A stretch of DNA of 60,359 nt, taken from Chloroflexota bacterium. GTDB lineage: Bacteria > Chloroflexota > Limnocylindria > Limnocylindrales > CSP1-4. Of this stretch, positions 28,694 through 42,168 are shown in pieces. Each line of letters starts with the position of its first letter. Within the stretch, counting starts at the first letter, position 1. The translations under genes and the position numbers were made by a program. Below the pieces are notes generated by a model that was not told the DNA's origin, ran no database searches, and saw nothing but the letters and a program-made list of their open reading frames with translations. The stretch covers positions 1,259 to 61,617 of the forward strand of contig PLLE01000012.1 in the NCBI GenBank assembly GCA_003141245.1. The letters are read 5' to 3'.

Positions 28694-29620
28694 CTATCCG
28701 ACCAGGTTGACCCCCACGAGCCCGACGATCGCCACGGCCGCCCCCACGTAGAACAGGCGCGGCGGGCGGTGGCCGTCGAGCCACATTGCGAACGGCACGC
28801 TGATGAGCGGCGCCATGGCGGCGATCGACTGGACGACGCCGGGATTCATCGACTGCTGGGCCCAAACCGTGCAGGTCACTCCGAGGATGGGACCGAAGAG
28901 GGCGTTGAGCCCGGCCCAGTAGAGAGGCCGGCTGGTGGCCCTGCCTTCCGAGACGAGGATGGCTCGCGTCTGCCCATCGGCGCCGGCGAAACCCCACCGC
29001 CTCCGCCAGACCCATCGGGCGACGAGGAAGACGGCCAGGGCGACGAGGAATCCGCCGGCCAGCCTCTGGAAGGCGACGGTGATGGTGTCCGGCGGAGTAT
29101 GGGCCGCCTTCATCAGGAGCAGGCCCTGGCGCGTCATCGCGAAGCTGATCCCCTGGGCGGTCGCCGCCACCAGGGCCAGGACGACGCCGGCGGCGACTCC
29201 CCTGGCCGCGACGCCGCGGATGTAGGGCAGGAGCCCGACGAAGACGCCGAGCAGGATGACCGAGCAGAACGCGATCTGCGTCGTGGTCAGCTCGTCTGAG
29301 TACCACAGCCAGGCCACTATCGCGGCGACCGGCGCGGCGGCGCTCTCCTCGATCAGAGACGCGAGCGGCGCGCCCAGTCGGGGCAGGGCCATCAACAGCG
29401 TCAGGCCCCCGATACCGAACCCTATGGCCCCGGCCGTGGCGAACAGCAGGCTCTGCCCGCGCAGGCCCTGCCCGAACGTGAAGGCCCAGATCCCCATCAC
29501 CACGATGGCGAAGAGCAGGCGCAACAGGTTCGCGCGCACGAAGCCGATGAGCTTGATGGCGCGGCTAGCGCAGACCGGCGTGATGCCGAAGAAGACGGCG
29601 GTCAGGACGGCGCCGATCAT
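28694..29620 (-). CDS. DMT/EamA-family transporter
   Basis: About 10 TM segments in two halves; 308 aa. Confidence 0.75.
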   Translation of the reverse strand: MIGAVLTAVFFGITPVCASRAIKLIGFVRANLLRLLFAIVVMGIWAFTFGQGLRGQSLLFATAGAIGFGIGGLTLLMALPRLGAPLASLIEESAAAPVAAIVAWLWYSDELTTTQIAFCSVILLGVFVGLLPYIRGVAARGVAAGVVLALVAATAQGISFAMTRQGLLLMKAAHTPPDTITVAFQRLAGGFLVALAVFLVARWVWRRRWGFAGADGQTRAILVSEGRATSRPLYWAGLNALFGPILGVTCTVWAQQSMNPGVVQSIAAMAPLISVPFAMWLDGHRPPRLFYVGAAVAIVGLVGVNLVG

Positions 29621-29777
29621 CGGGCCGCTCCTTCCGACGGGCGCGCCGCTCGAAGGTCGTTGATAACCAAGGCTCGTTCTCCAAGTTCAATGTTCGGGCG
29701 ACCAAATCTACACGGACTTGCCCGCTGCTTGTAACTGCCCAGCTGTCCCGCCCCTCGGACGCTCCACCCGCAACAAA

Positions 29778-29808
29778 CTTGACAATGTCATTGTCAAGGT
29801 TCTATGGT
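29778..29808 (+). promoter_or_regulatory. Heat-shock operon promoter with HAIR-like HspR operator
   Basis: Inverted repeat CTTGACA-N7-TGTCAAG (29778-98) containing -35 TTGACA; TATGGT at 29803-08. Confidence 0.8.
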
Positions 29809-29889
29809 CCGGGTGCGTCATTCGGTCGGTCGGTCAGGCCCGCCGTGAGCCGCCAGACAGTCAGGACCCGACCGGTTGGAGGTGCAGAG

Positions 29890-30375
29890 ATGACCACGAT
29901 CATTCGACATACGTCCCCGTTCGGCGACCTGCTTTCGCTGCGGCAGGCGATGGATCGCCTCTTCGAGGAGAGCTTCGTAAACCCGCGGACGTGGAGTTGG
30001 GGCGAGGGCGCCCTGGTTCCGCTGGATGTCTACGCCACGGACGAGGAGCTCGTCGTGGAGGCCAACCTGCCCGGCGTTAAGCCGGAAGAGGTGGAGATCA
30101 CCGTCGAGGGCAACACCCTGACGATCGCAGGCGAGACCCGTTCGTCCCGCAAGGACGACGAGGGCTCGACGATCCTCTCGGAGATCCGCCGCGGCGCGTT
30201 CTCCCGAACGCTCGCCCTACCCGCCGGTCTGGAGCCAGACCGGGCCACAGCCACCTTCGAGGACGGCGTTCTCACCCTCCGCATCCCGAAGGCCGAGCAG
30301 GTCAAGCCGCGACAGATCAAGGTCACTTCCGTCGATGGCGAGCATACGCAGCTCGCCACGGCCGAGGCGAAGTAG
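29890..30375 (+). CDS. Hsp20/alpha-crystallin small heat-shock protein
   Basis: LRQAMDRLFEE, PLDVYAT, LPGVKPEEVEI, GAFSRTLALP, ATFEDGVLTLRIPK; GGAGG SD. Confidence 0.95.
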   Translation: MTTIIRHTSPFGDLLSLRQAMDRLFEESFVNPRTWSWGEGALVPLDVYATDEELVVEANLPGVKPEEVEITVEGNTLTIAGETRSSRKDDEGSTILSEIRRGAFSRTLALPAGLEPDRATATFEDGVLTLRIPKAEQVKPRQIKVTSVDGEHTQLATAEAK

Positions 30376-30382
30376 GCAGACG

Positions 30383-30916
30383 GTGTCGGATCGACGTTTC
30401 CCGCGGGATCCCGAACGCCCCTGCTTCGTTATCAGCGTCGCGGCCGGCCTGGTCCAGGCCCATCCGCGAACCCTGCGGATCTACGAAGACGAGGGCCTGC
30501 TCGCGCCTGCCCGAACGCCGACGAACATCCGGCTCTACTCCGAGAACGACATCCGCCGCATCCTGTGGATCAGGCGACTGACCCAGGAGCGAGGCGTCAA
30601 CCTGGCGGGCGTCCGCCTGCTCTTCGAGCTCGAGGAACGGCTTGGGACGCGACTCCTGGAGGCGCTCTTCGACGAGACGATGGCCCGCGAGGCCGGCGCG
30701 GCAGCCGCCGCACAACAGCCTCAGACGGGTGAATCCGCCGACACACCTAACCATCGCGCCGCCGAAACCTCTCCGGAGGGAGATCGAATCGGTGGCTCGG
30801 AGAGCGGCCGGTCCGCCGGTCAGACCGAATGGTCGGCTCTGCCGACCGCTCGGCCCATCACCCGTATAGTGGCCACTCGCGTGACCACGACTCGATCAGG
30901 AGACTCCAATGACTGA
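30383..30916 (+). CDS. hspR: MerR-family heat-shock repressor HspR
   Basis: FVISVAAGLVQAHPRTLRIYEDEGLLAPART, RLYSENDI, GVNLAGV; located in a chaperone operon. Confidence 0.85.
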   Translation: MSDRRFPRDPERPCFVISVAAGLVQAHPRTLRIYEDEGLLAPARTPTNIRLYSENDIRRILWIRRLTQERGVNLAGVRLLFELEERLGTRLLEALFDETMAREAGAAAAAQQPQTGESADTPNHRAAETSPEGDRIGGSESGRSAGQTEWSALPTARPITRIVATRVTTTRSGDSND

Positions 30917-33446
30917 CCGGCCGGCCGAGAAGGACGACGAGCGCGTCCAGAGCGGCGAGGACGCCCAGAAGAACGAGCAGCAAGTCCACGTGCCGGGCAT
31001 CCGGGAACTCCCCCTCGTCGCCCTGCGCGAGACGGTCATCTTCCCCGAGATGATCGTGCCGCTCCAGGTGGGGCGCGACAAGAGCGTGGCCGCGCTCAAC
31101 GCGGCCGTGGCCGCCAACGGCCCGATCGCGCTGGTGACCCAGCGCCAGGCCGAGCGCGAAGAGATCGAGGACCCGTCGGAGCTGTACACCGTCGGGACGC
31201 TGGCCAAGATCGCCCAGGTCGTGCAGCTCCAGGACGGGACCGTCCGAGCCATCGTCCAGGGTCAGGGCCGGTTGCGAGTCGTGGATTTCGTCCAGACCAG
31301 CCCGTACATCATCGTGCGCGTCGAAGAGCTGCCGGACGTGACGCCCGAAGGCATCGAAGTTCAGGCCATGATGCGGACGGTTCAGGCCCAGATCGAGCAG
31401 TACGTCGCCAACGGCGCGCCCGTGCCGCCGGAAGCGGCCGTGGCCGCCCGCAATATCAGCGAGCCCGGGCTCCTGGCCGACATGGTGGCCTACAGCCCGG
31501 ACCTCTCCACCGAGCAGCGGATGCAGCTCCTCGAGACGGCCGACGTCGTCGAACGGCTCAAGACCGTCTCCGCCTTCCTGGGTCGCCAGATCGAGATTCT
31601 CGAGCTCAAGGGCAAGATTCAGTCCGAGGTCAAGTCCGAGATGGACAAGACCCAGCGCGAGTACATCCTGCGCGAGCAGCTGAAGGCCATTCAGCGCGAG
31701 CTCGGCGAGGACGACCCGCAGCAGGCGGAAATCAACGAGCTGCGCGAGAAGGTCGAGGCGGCCGGGATGCCCGAGGAGGTCAAGGCCCGGGCGCTCAAGG
31801 AGATCGACCGCATGAGCCGGATCCCGTCGGCCTCGCCCGAGGTGGGCGTCATCCGGACCTATGTCGACTGGCTGATCGCCCTGCCCTGGAACGTCTCGAC
31901 TATCGACAACCTGGACATCAAGGCCGCGGCCATAATCCTCGACGAGGACCACTACGGCCTGGAGAAGATCAAGGACCGCATCCTCGAGTACCTGGCCGTT
32001 CGAAGCCTGGCCGAGACGCTGCGCAGTCCCATCCTCGCCTTCGTCGGACCACCCGGCGTCGGCAAGACCTCGCTCGGCAAGAGCATCGCCCGCGCGATGG
32101 GCCGCAAGTTCGTTCGGATGAGCCTGGGCGGCATCCACGACGAGGCCGAGATCCGCGGTCACCGGCGCACGTACATCGGCGCGCTGCCCGGCCGGATCAT
32201 CCAGAACATCAAGACGGGCGGTTCGAACAACCCGGTCTTCATGCTCGACGAGGTCGACAAGATCGGCATGGACTTCCGGGGTGACCCGAGCTCGGCGCTT
32301 CTCGAGGTCCTCGATCCGGAGCAGAACAACACCTTCCAGGACAACTACCTGGAGGTGCCCTTCGACCTCACGAAGGTGCTCTTCATCACGACCGCCAACC
32401 TGCTGGACCCGATCCCGGCGCCGCTGCGCGATCGCATGGAGATCATCCAGCTGCCGGGATACACAGAGACCGAGAAGATCGGGATCGGCAAGCGGTTCCT
32501 CATCCCCAAGCAGATGAAGAACCACGGCCTGACCGAGAAGACGATCGCCATCACGGACGAGGCGATGGTCGAGCTGGTCCGCTCCTACACCCATGAGGCC
32601 GGCGTCCGCAATCTCGAGCGCGAGATCGCCAACGTCATGCGCAAGGTCGCCCGGGCGGTGGCCGAAGGCCGCAAGCGAAAGACCGTGGTAGACGTCAAGA
32701 AGCTCGTCGAGTACCTGGGGCCGCAGCGCTTCGAGTACGGCGAGCTCGAGTCGGAGGACCAGACGGGCGCGGCGACGGGCCTGGTGGTGACCGAGGTCGG
32801 CGGCGACGTGATCGCCATCGAAGTAACGCTCATGGAAGGCAAGGAGGACTTCATCCTCACCGGCCAGCTCGGCGAGGTCATGCGCGAGTCGGCCCGGGCC
32901 GGGCTGTCCTGGATCCGCGCCCATGCCGCCCAGCTCGGCATCAAGCGCGAAGTCTTCGAACGGAACACGCTCCACATCCACGTTCCGGCCGGCGGCATCC
33001 CCAAGGACGGCCCGTCGGCAGGCATCACGATGACCCTGGCCATGGTCAGCGCCTTCACCTGCATCCCGGTCCGCAAGGACGTGGCCATGACCGGCGAGAT
33101 CACCCTCCGCGGCAGGGTTCTGCCGATCGGCGGGCTGAAGAGCAAGATCCTGGCCGCCCACCTCTCCGGCGCGAAGATGGTCATCCTCCCGCGCAAGAAC
33201 GAGAAGGATCTGCGGGACATCCCCGAGGAGATCCGCAAGCAGATCAAGCTCGTTCTCGTCGACAACATGGACCAGGTCCTCGAGACGGCCCTCCGGGCCA
33301 AGCCGACGCCGCTCACCGCCGAACCGGTCAAGACCGCCGGGGGCGGCAAGGAGCCCGAGACCGAGGCCAGCCCCGAGGGCCGGACCCGACCGGGGTTCCC
33401 GCCACCTCCCGGGGAACAGCCACCCGCTATGGCGAATTCACGATGA
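30909..33446 (+). CDS. lon: ATP-dependent Lon protease
   Basis: LON N-domain, [22 protein letters not shown] catalytic Ser, IGGLKSK catalytic Lys. Confidence 0.97.
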   Translation: MTDRPAEKDDERVQSGEDAQKNEQQVHVPGIRELPLVALRETVIFPEMIVPLQVGRDKSVAALNAAVAANGPIALVTQRQAEREEIEDPSELYTVGTLAKIAQVVQLQDGTVRAIVQGQGRLRVVDFVQTSPYIIVRVEELPDVTPEGIEVQAMMRTVQAQIEQYVANGAPVPPEAAVAARNISEPGLLADMVAYSPDLSTEQRMQLLETADVVERLKTVSAFLGRQIEILELKGKIQSEVKSEMDKTQREYILREQLKAIQRELGEDDPQQAEINELREKVEAAGMPEEVKARALKEIDRMSRIPSASPEVGVIRTYVDWLIALPWNVSTIDNLDIKAAAIILDEDHYGLEKIKDRILEYLAVRSLAETLRSPILAFVGPPGVGKTSLGKSIARAMGRKFVRMSLGGIHDEAEIRGHRRTYIGALPGRIIQNIKTGGSNNPVFMLDEVDKIGMDFRGDPSSALLEVLDPEQNNTFQDNYLEVPFDLTKVLFITTANLLDPIPAPLRDRMEIIQLPGYTETEKIGIGKRFLIPKQMKNHGLTEKTIAITDEAMVELVRSYTHEAGVRNLEREIANVMRKVARAVAEGRKRKTVVDVKKLVEYLGPQRFEYGELESEDQTGAATGLVVTEVGGDVIAIEVTLMEGKEDFILTGQLGEVMRESARAGLSWIRAHAAQLGIKREVFERNTLHIHVPAGGIPKDGPSAGITMTLAMVSAFTCIPVRKDVAMTGEITLRGRVLPIGGLKSKILAAHLSGAKMVILPRKNEKDLRDIPEEIRKQIKLVLVDNMDQVLETALRAKPTPLTAEPVKTAGGGKEPETEASPEGRTRPGFPPPPGEQPPAMANSR

Positions 33447-33513
33447 TCGCGAACTGAACCACTGGCACGGTTGGCCAGTCTCATCCCTGAGACCTTCACC
33501 GCCAAGGAGGGAG

Positions 33514-33759
33514 ATGGATCACCAGGGCAACGACCACAGGTCGGGGGATCATGAGCGGCCGCACGCGTTCGTGGAAAGGTTGAACGTCCCGTTCGCGGTT
33601 CCAAAGGCGACCGGCGGTGTCGTGGGATCGGCCGCTCCGGAGTACCCGTTCCTCAGAGCTGGCACCGCGGAGCAATGCGCGGTCTGCCGCAAGATTCGGT
33701 CGAATCACATCCACCAGGCCAGCGAGCGGGCAGCCGACCCGGAACACTGGCCCATCTGA
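33514..33759 (+). CDS. Small hypothetical His/Cys protein
   Basis: Strong AAGGAGG SD; HAF...CAVC...NHIH; fills the lon-dnaJ gap. Confidence 0.6.
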   Translation: MDHQGNDHRSGDHERPHAFVERLNVPFAVPKATGGVVGSAAPEYPFLRAGTAEQCAVCRKIRSNHIHQASERAADPEHWPI

Positions 33760-33790
33760 GGCCGCTGCCGGGGGCACCGAGAGGGTCCGG

Positions 33791-34939
33791 ATGGAATACA
33801 AGGACTACTACAACACATTGGGAGTGCCGAGGACAGCCACGCCGGCGGAAGTCAAGAAGGCATACCGGCGGCTGGCCCGAGAGCTTCATCCTGACCGCAA
33901 CCCCGGCAACAAGGTTGCGGAGAGCCGGTTCAAGGAAGTCAACGAGGCGCATGAGGTCCTGGCCGACCCGAAGAAGCGCCAGCAGTACGACATGCTCGGG
34001 TCCAACTGGGACCAGTTCTCGCGCGCGGGCGGGGCGGGCGGGGCGGGCGCGGGAGGTGCCGCCGGGAACGCGTACTCCGGAGACCCCTTCGGGCCGGGCG
34101 GTCCGTTCGCCGGGTATGCGGCTGCGGGCGGGGGCGGCAACGTTCGATACGAGTTCCACAGTGCTGGCGGATCGGAGGACTTCTCCGACTTCTTCCGGAC
34201 GTTCTTCGGCGGAGCCGGCGCGGCCGACGCCACACAGACGGCCACCGCGACCCGCAGGGGCGGCGCAACCGGCGGCGGCCGCCGCTCCGGCAACCCTCTC
34301 GACGATCTGTTCTCGCGGCTCCGGACGGACGGAGCGGGCACGGCCACGGGCTCGCCGACGGGGAGTGGCGCCGGCACGAGGACGAGTGGCCCAACGCCGC
34401 GCAGTCGTGGCCCCCGTCACGGTGACGACGTGGAAGTCGAGGTCGACCTGAGCCTGGAGGAGGCATTCCACGGCTCCACCCGACTCGTCCAGGTCGGCGA
34501 TCGTCGCCTCGAGGTGAAGCTTCCTGCCGGCGTGGAGACCGGCAGCAAGATCCGCCTGAGTGGCAAGGCCGGCTCGGGCGCCGACGCGGGCGATCTGTAT
34601 CTGATCACCAGGATTCGACCTCACGCCGTCTTCACGCGCAACGGCGCGGACCTCACCCGCGACCTGCCTATCACCCTGGGAGAGGCGCTGCTCGGCGGCG
34701 AGGTGGAGGTGGAAACGCTTCGCGGCCGCGTCCTGCTGAAGGTCCCCGCCGGTACGCAGACAGGTCAAACCTTCAGGCTGGCCGGCCAGGGGATGCCGCA
34801 CCTCAAGGGCGACGGCGCTGGCGATCTGTTCGCTCGAACCAGGGTCGTGATGCCGGGCAAGCTGGAGGGCAAGCAGCGCAAGGCCGCGGAGGAGTTCCTG
34901 CGCGGGGTCGTCCAACCGAATCCACGCAGCAAGGCATGA
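33791..34939 (+). CDS. DnaJ-class co-chaperone without zinc finger (CbpA-like)
   Basis: [12 protein letters not shown] motif, G/F-rich linker, C-terminal LSLEEAFHG...LAGQGMP; no CxxCxGxG repeats. Confidence 0.9.
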   Translation: MEYKDYYNTLGVPRTATPAEVKKAYRRLARELHPDRNPGNKVAESRFKEVNEAHEVLADPKKRQQYDMLGSNWDQFSRAGGAGGAGAGGAAGNAYSGDPFGPGGPFAGYAAAGGGGNVRYEFHSAGGSEDFSDFFRTFFGGAGAADATQTATATRRGGATGGGRRSGNPLDDLFSRLRTDGAGTATGSPTGSGAGTRTSGPTPRSRGPRHGDDVEVEVDLSLEEAFHGSTRLVQVGDRRLEVKLPAGVETGSKIRLSGKAGSGADAGDLYLITRIRPHAVFTRNGADLTRDLPITLGEALLGGEVEVETLRGRVLLKVPAGTQTGQTFRLAGQGMPHLKGDGAGDLFARTRVVMPGKLEGKQRKAAEEFLRGVVQPNPRSKA

Positions 34940-34952
34940 CAATGGAAACGCA

Positions 34953-37706
<2,754 letters not shown>

Positions 37707-37717
37707 GGCGCCAGCCG

Positions 37718-38275
37718 TCAGGCTCGCGCCCGGACCAGCACGTAGAAGATGACGTCGATCGGCTTGCCGTCGCGGCCGATGTCCCAGGCGCGGCGGATCC
37801 CCTCGCGCACGAAGCCGGCTCTCTCGGCTACGCGGCCGGACGCCGGGTTGTCGAGGTCCGTGTAGAGGTCGAGGCGGATCGCGTCGGTCGTGGCCAGGGT
37901 CCAGTCCGCGATGAGACGGAGGGCTCGTGTGGCGACGCCGCGGCCGCGAGCCTCTGGTGCCAGCCAGTAGCCGAAGCTCGCCCGATGGCCCTCGAGCCGG
38001 GAGCGCGACATGGAGCCAAGGACCTGGCCCGTGGCGGCGGCGGTGATGGCGAACCCGGCCGCGGTAGAACCGGTCGTCAGAGCCTCCGTGCAGTGGGCGA
38101 TGAAGCGCTGGGCGTGCTCGATCGTGTACGGAACCGGCACATAGGTGTGAAGAGCGATCAGCCGGTCCTGGCACGCGTCGAAGACTGCCCTCGCGTCTTC
38201 GGGCCGCCACGGCCGCAGAGTGACGACGCCGTCCGACAGAACGAGAGCATTCATCGCCGTCTTGGATGGTTCCAT
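37718..38275 (-). CDS. RimJ/RimL-type GNAT acetyltransferase
   Basis: VTLRPWRPED, GYWLAPEARGRGVAT, NPASGRVAERAGFVREG. Confidence 0.9.
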   Translation of the reverse strand: MEPSKTAMNALVLSDGVVTLRPWRPEDARAVFDACQDRLIALHTYVPVPYTIEHAQRFIAHCTEALTTGSTAAGFAITAAATGQVLGSMSRSRLEGHRASFGYWLAPEARGRGVATRALRLIADWTLATTDAIRLDLYTDLDNPASGRVAERAGFVREGIRRAWDIGRDGKPIDVIFYVLVRARA

Positions 38276-38337
38276 TGCGAGAGGCTAGCATCAGATTAGC
38301 CTGACATTTCGACGCGCCGTCCCGGAGCGAGGTCGTC

Positions 38338-39522
38338 ATGAGGTTCGAACTGGTTCGCGAGAGGCTGGCCTCGCTGCCACGCGAGATGCCCGAGGCGCCG
38401 GCGATCCTGACGCCGATCCGGCTCGACTCGCCGGAGGCGCTCTTTCCGGCGGAGGCCCACCGGCGCGGCAGAGCGGCCGCCGTGCTGGTCCTCCTCTTCC
38501 CCGACGACGAGGGCCAGGCGCGTGTCCTGCTGACTGCCCGCGTGGCCCACGGCATCCAGCACGCCGGTGAGGTCAGCTTCCCCGGCGGCCACGCCGAGCC
38601 GGAGGACGTGGATCCTGTCGCCACGGCGCTGCGCGAGGCGACCGAAGAGGTCGCGCTGGACCCGTCAGCGTGCGGGCTGAGCGTCGTCGGCGCCCTGGAG
38701 CGGGTCACCATTCCGGTTTCGGGGTATCGGATTACGCCTGTCGTGGCGCTGGCGGAGCGACGACCGCAATGCCGCCCGTCGCCGGACGAAGTGGCCCGGA
38801 TCCTGGAGCCGCCCGTCGAGGCGTTCCTCCCCGCCGCCCCCGTCGAGCTCGAAGAGCGCGTCATCAGGGAGCGCCTGATCCGCTATGGCGTCTACCCGGT
38901 CGCAGGCGAGCGGGTCTGGGGCGCGACGGCCCGAATGCTCGGGCAGCTCGGCGCGCTTCTGGCGGCCGAACCGACCTCCGAACGCACGCCCAAACGCGCA
39001 TCCGAGCCGACCGCGGCTTCCGACGGCGTCGAGCCAAGCGTGCGCCCGGCAAGACTCGACGACCGGGAGGCCGTCCGCGAATTCGTCGAGGCGCTCGCTC
39101 CCGAGCTCGCCCATGCCCTGCCGCCCGCATCCGGACAGCTGATCGCCGAAGTCTCGGACCGCATCGTCGGGCTGGCGAGTTGGGCGCCGTGGGAGCGGGT
39201 CCGCGCCGACGACGATCCGCGCGGCTTCGACGGCCTGGCCTTCCCCGACGAGGAGCCCGCCGAGCTCACCCTGCTGGCCGTGGCACCGCACGTGCGCGGC
39301 CAGGGAATCGGCCGGCGGCTCACCACCGAGATCGCCGCGGCTGCGGGTTCGGCCGGCCATCACCGCCTACTGGCCTGGACCCTCGCCGACACGGCGATCC
39401 ACCCCTCGTCGGTCGCCGCGCGGGCCTTCTTCCGCGTGAACGGCTTCGAGGACGTGGCGGTGGATCGCCACTACCTCGCCCGCGGCGAGGATCGGCTGCT
39501 GCTGAGCCGCGCGCTCGGCTGA
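38338..39522 (+). CDS. Nudix CoA-pyrophosphatase (NudL-like) fused to GNAT acetyltransferase
   Basis: AAVLVLL, LLTAR, HAGEVSFPGG...ALREATEEV Nudix box, VWGATARML; C-terminal LAVAPHVRGQGIGRRL...FFRVNGF. Confidence 0.8.
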   Translation: MRFELVRERLASLPREMPEAPAILTPIRLDSPEALFPAEAHRRGRAAAVLVLLFPDDEGQARVLLTARVAHGIQHAGEVSFPGGHAEPEDVDPVATALREATEEVALDPSACGLSVVGALERVTIPVSGYRITPVVALAERRPQCRPSPDEVARILEPPVEAFLPAAPVELEERVIRERLIRYGVYPVAGERVWGATARMLGQLGALLAAEPTSERTPKRASEPTAASDGVEPSVRPARLDDREAVREFVEALAPELAHALPPASGQLIAEVSDRIVGLASWAPWERVRADDDPRGFDGLAFPDEEPAELTLLAVAPHVRGQGIGRRLTTEIAAAAGSAGHHRLLAWTLADTAIHPSSVAARAFFRVNGFEDVAVDRHYLARGEDRLLLSRALG

Positions 39523-39690
39523 CTCGGCTGCTGCCCGATCACGGTCGGCCGCCGCCCTCAACGATTCGCGAGTTTCGGACCGCCTGGCGCCACGAACTAC
39601 CCGTTTGGCTGGCGGCCGTTATGGTTGGCTTGCCGCCGTCCTCGCAACGCCGGGAAGGTTGGGGGAAGCGCGCTCAGAAGGAGATGACCG

Positions 39691-40479
39691 GTGGATTTCT
39701 TGGTGCGCAAGTTCAGCGGCACAACGGGCCCTGTGAAGAACGGCGTGCCCAGTGATGCGATCATCGAAAGCATCGCCGACACCGGCATGACCATCACGTC
39801 GGGGTCCGTCGGGCCCGACGCGCCGGTCTACAAGCTTGGTCTGCAGGTCACGCCAGTCGGTGGCCTCGGTGCGCCGTACCCGGTTGAGATCAAGGAAGCG
39901 ATCCCGCGGCTGTACATCCCGATGGTTCTGCCCGGTGCCCGCATCGGCGTCATGGTCGATCCGCTGAACCCGATGAAGGTTTCACCCGACTTCAGCCGCA
40001 TCAACGCGCCCTCCGCGGCGGGGGCCGCTGCGGGCGGTGTCAGCATGTCCCCGGCAGGCCCCGGCGGCTTTGCGATGGACTTCGATGCGAGCGGCCAGCC
40101 CGCGGCCGGCGACGTGGCGGCGCTGGCGGGCGGCGTCCGGAGCGGCTCGGTCAACACGATCAAGGGAAGCGCGGATCAACTCCTGGCAACCGGCACGCAC
40201 GGCACCGCGGTCATCACCACGGCCATGCCCCTGGGCAAGACGGTCCGTGACATCAATCCCGCGGCCGATCCTTCGCGCCTGAACGACCCGGTGTGGATCT
40301 TCACGGTCGAAGTAACGCTGGCGGGGCAGGCCCCGTTCCCGGCCGTCTTCGGCCATCGGGTTCCGCTGGCGAAGCTCGCCATCGTTGCGCCCGGCGTGAA
40401 GGTCGCGGTCGCAGTCGACGAGGCCAACAAGAACCAGGAAGTCGCCATCGACTGGGACAAGTCACCTCTCGCCGGTTAG
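39691..40479 (+). CDS. Hypothetical protein (paralog A, two internal beta domains)
   Basis: AAGGAG SD before GTG; strong identity to 40670..41596. Confidence 0.75.
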   Translation: MDFLVRKFSGTTGPVKNGVPSDAIIESIADTGMTITSGSVGPDAPVYKLGLQVTPVGGLGAPYPVEIKEAIPRLYIPMVLPGARIGVMVDPLNPMKVSPDFSRINAPSAAGAAAGGVSMSPAGPGGFAMDFDASGQPAAGDVAALAGGVRSGSVNTIKGSADQLLATGTHGTAVITTAMPLGKTVRDINPAADPSRLNDPVWIFTVEVTLAGQAPFPAVFGHRVPLAKLAIVAPGVKVAVAVDEANKNQEVAIDWDKSPLAG

Positions 40480-40669
40480 CCGGCGACGCATCGCCCTCCT
40501 GCCGAGCGAACCCTGACGCCCCGGCCAGCGGATCCATGGCGGGGGCTTCGGCCCATCTGTTTCGGCAGGTGGCGCATTTGCCTCCCGACGCTCCCGGGCC
40601 GGGGCAGCGCGCGCAAGCTGTGCGCCTGCCGGTGCCGTTGGCTGCCCGGCCCAATGAGGAATCGATGCC

Positions 40670-41596
40670 GTGGATCAGTCCGCCATCGCAATCATCGCCC
40701 TGACCGTCGGCCTGCCCCTGGTGATCATGGTCTGGGCACTTGGCCAGTTCCGGAAGGACAGTGCGGGCATCAAGAACGGTATCCCTGCCGATGCGGTCGT
40801 CGAGAGCATCGCCGAGACCGGGACGACGATCTCGTCGCCGTCGGTCGGCCCCGAGGCCCCGGTCTACCGCTTCGGGCTGCTCGTTACCCCGCCCGGCGGC
40901 GGCGCTCCGTATCGGGCCGAGACCACGCACGCGGTGCCGCGCCTGTACGTGCCGATGGTCATGCCGGGGACGCGACTGGGCGTCAAGGTCGATCCGACGA
41001 ACCCGATGCGGGTCGTACCCGACTGGAATCGCCTCAATGCCCCGGCGTTGGATGCGACAGGTGACGCGGCCGGGGCCGGAGCGGGCGCCAGAACGGTAAC
41101 GATGACCTTCGACGGAGCGCCCGCTGGAGGCGGTGGCCTGCTTGCGGCCGGAGCGGGCGGCTGGGCGGGGGCAGCGCCGACCCTATCGTTCGACACCAAC
41201 GGAGTTCCATCTGCAGGCGGCGTGGAGTCGCTGGTCGGGGCCGTCCGGGGCGGAACGGTGCCTACCATCCGGGGCAGCGCCGCCACGACATTGGCGACGG
41301 GCACTCACGGAACCGCGGTCATCACCACCGCCATGCCGTTGGGCAAGACCGCTGGCGAGATCAACCCTGCGATCGACCCGTCGCAGGCTCATGACCCGGT
41401 CTGGATCTTCACCGTGGAAGTCGCTCTGGCCGGCCAGGCGCCGTTCCCCGCCGTATTCGGCCATCGCGTGCCGTCAGCCAAAGTCGGCCAGATCGCGCCC
41501 GGTGTGAAGCTCTCCGTCGCGGTCGACCCGGAGAATCAATACCAGGACGTAGCTATCGACTGGGACAAGTCGCCGCTCGTCGGTGTTCCGGCCTGA
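40670..41596 (+). CDS. Hypothetical membrane-anchored protein (paralog B)
   Basis: N-terminal TM; shares LATGTHGTAVITTAMPLGKT...DPVWIFTVEV...VAIDWDKSPL with paralog A. Confidence 0.75.
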   Translation: MDQSAIAIIALTVGLPLVIMVWALGQFRKDSAGIKNGIPADAVVESIAETGTTISSPSVGPEAPVYRFGLLVTPPGGGAPYRAETTHAVPRLYVPMVMPGTRLGVKVDPTNPMRVVPDWNRLNAPALDATGDAAGAGAGARTVTMTFDGAPAGGGGLLAAGAGGWAGAAPTLSFDTNGVPSAGGVESLVGAVRGGTVPTIRGSAATTLATGTHGTAVITTAMPLGKTAGEINPAIDPSQAHDPVWIFTVEVALAGQAPFPAVFGHRVPSAKVGQIAPGVKLSVAVDPENQYQDVAIDWDKSPLVGVPA

Positions 41597-41623
41597 CGGC
41601 CGGCCGCGGGCGCGCTGGCCCGA

Positions 41624-42106
41624 CTACCAGGGCTCCTTCTCGGTCGATTCGCGGTCGGGCGGCAGGATGACGGGCTCGAGCGCGAGTTCACCTTCGGTAG
41701 GCCCTGGCTCAGCCGCCGGCTCAACTGGCTGCCCGGCCGGGTCGACGATCGCGCCGTCTTCGAGCAGCAATGGGTCGGCTCCCTCTGCGGCGAACTCCAC
41801 CACGAGAGCCCGCATCGGGGTCAGCTCCGTCCACGCGGCGTGGACGACGTCCGGGGGCCAGACGACCGCCTCCCCGGCGGCGACTCGGGCGCGTTCCTCG
41901 CCGACCTTGACGAAGCCACCGCCCTCGACTACCACGAAGTAGACCAGGTTCGGATTCGAGTGCGGCGCCAGCGCCGCGTTCGGCCGAAAGGCGAGCTCGG
42001 CGATCACGCCACGGTCGTCGGCGTGGATGGACTGCCCGTCCACGCCGCGCGAACCCGCGGGGCCTTCATGGCGCCGGTATCCGATGCCGAACCGGCGGAT
42101 CTCCAT
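41624..42106 (-). CDS. Cupin-domain protein
   Basis: PHSNP...VVEGGG...GEAVVWPPDVVHAA cupin motifs. Confidence 0.8.
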   Translation of the reverse strand: MEIRRFGIGYRRHEGPAGSRGVDGQSIHADDRGVIAELAFRPNAALAPHSNPNLVYFVVVEGGGFVKVGEERARVAAGEAVVWPPDVVHAAWTELTPMRALVVEFAAEGADPLLLEDGAIVDPAGQPVEPAAEPGPTEGELALEPVILPPDRESTEKEPW

Positions 42107-42168
42107 GGCCGCTCAGGGCCGCCTGTCGCGGGGAGCCCCGGTGGGACGCATCGCGGTCTGGCCGAGAC

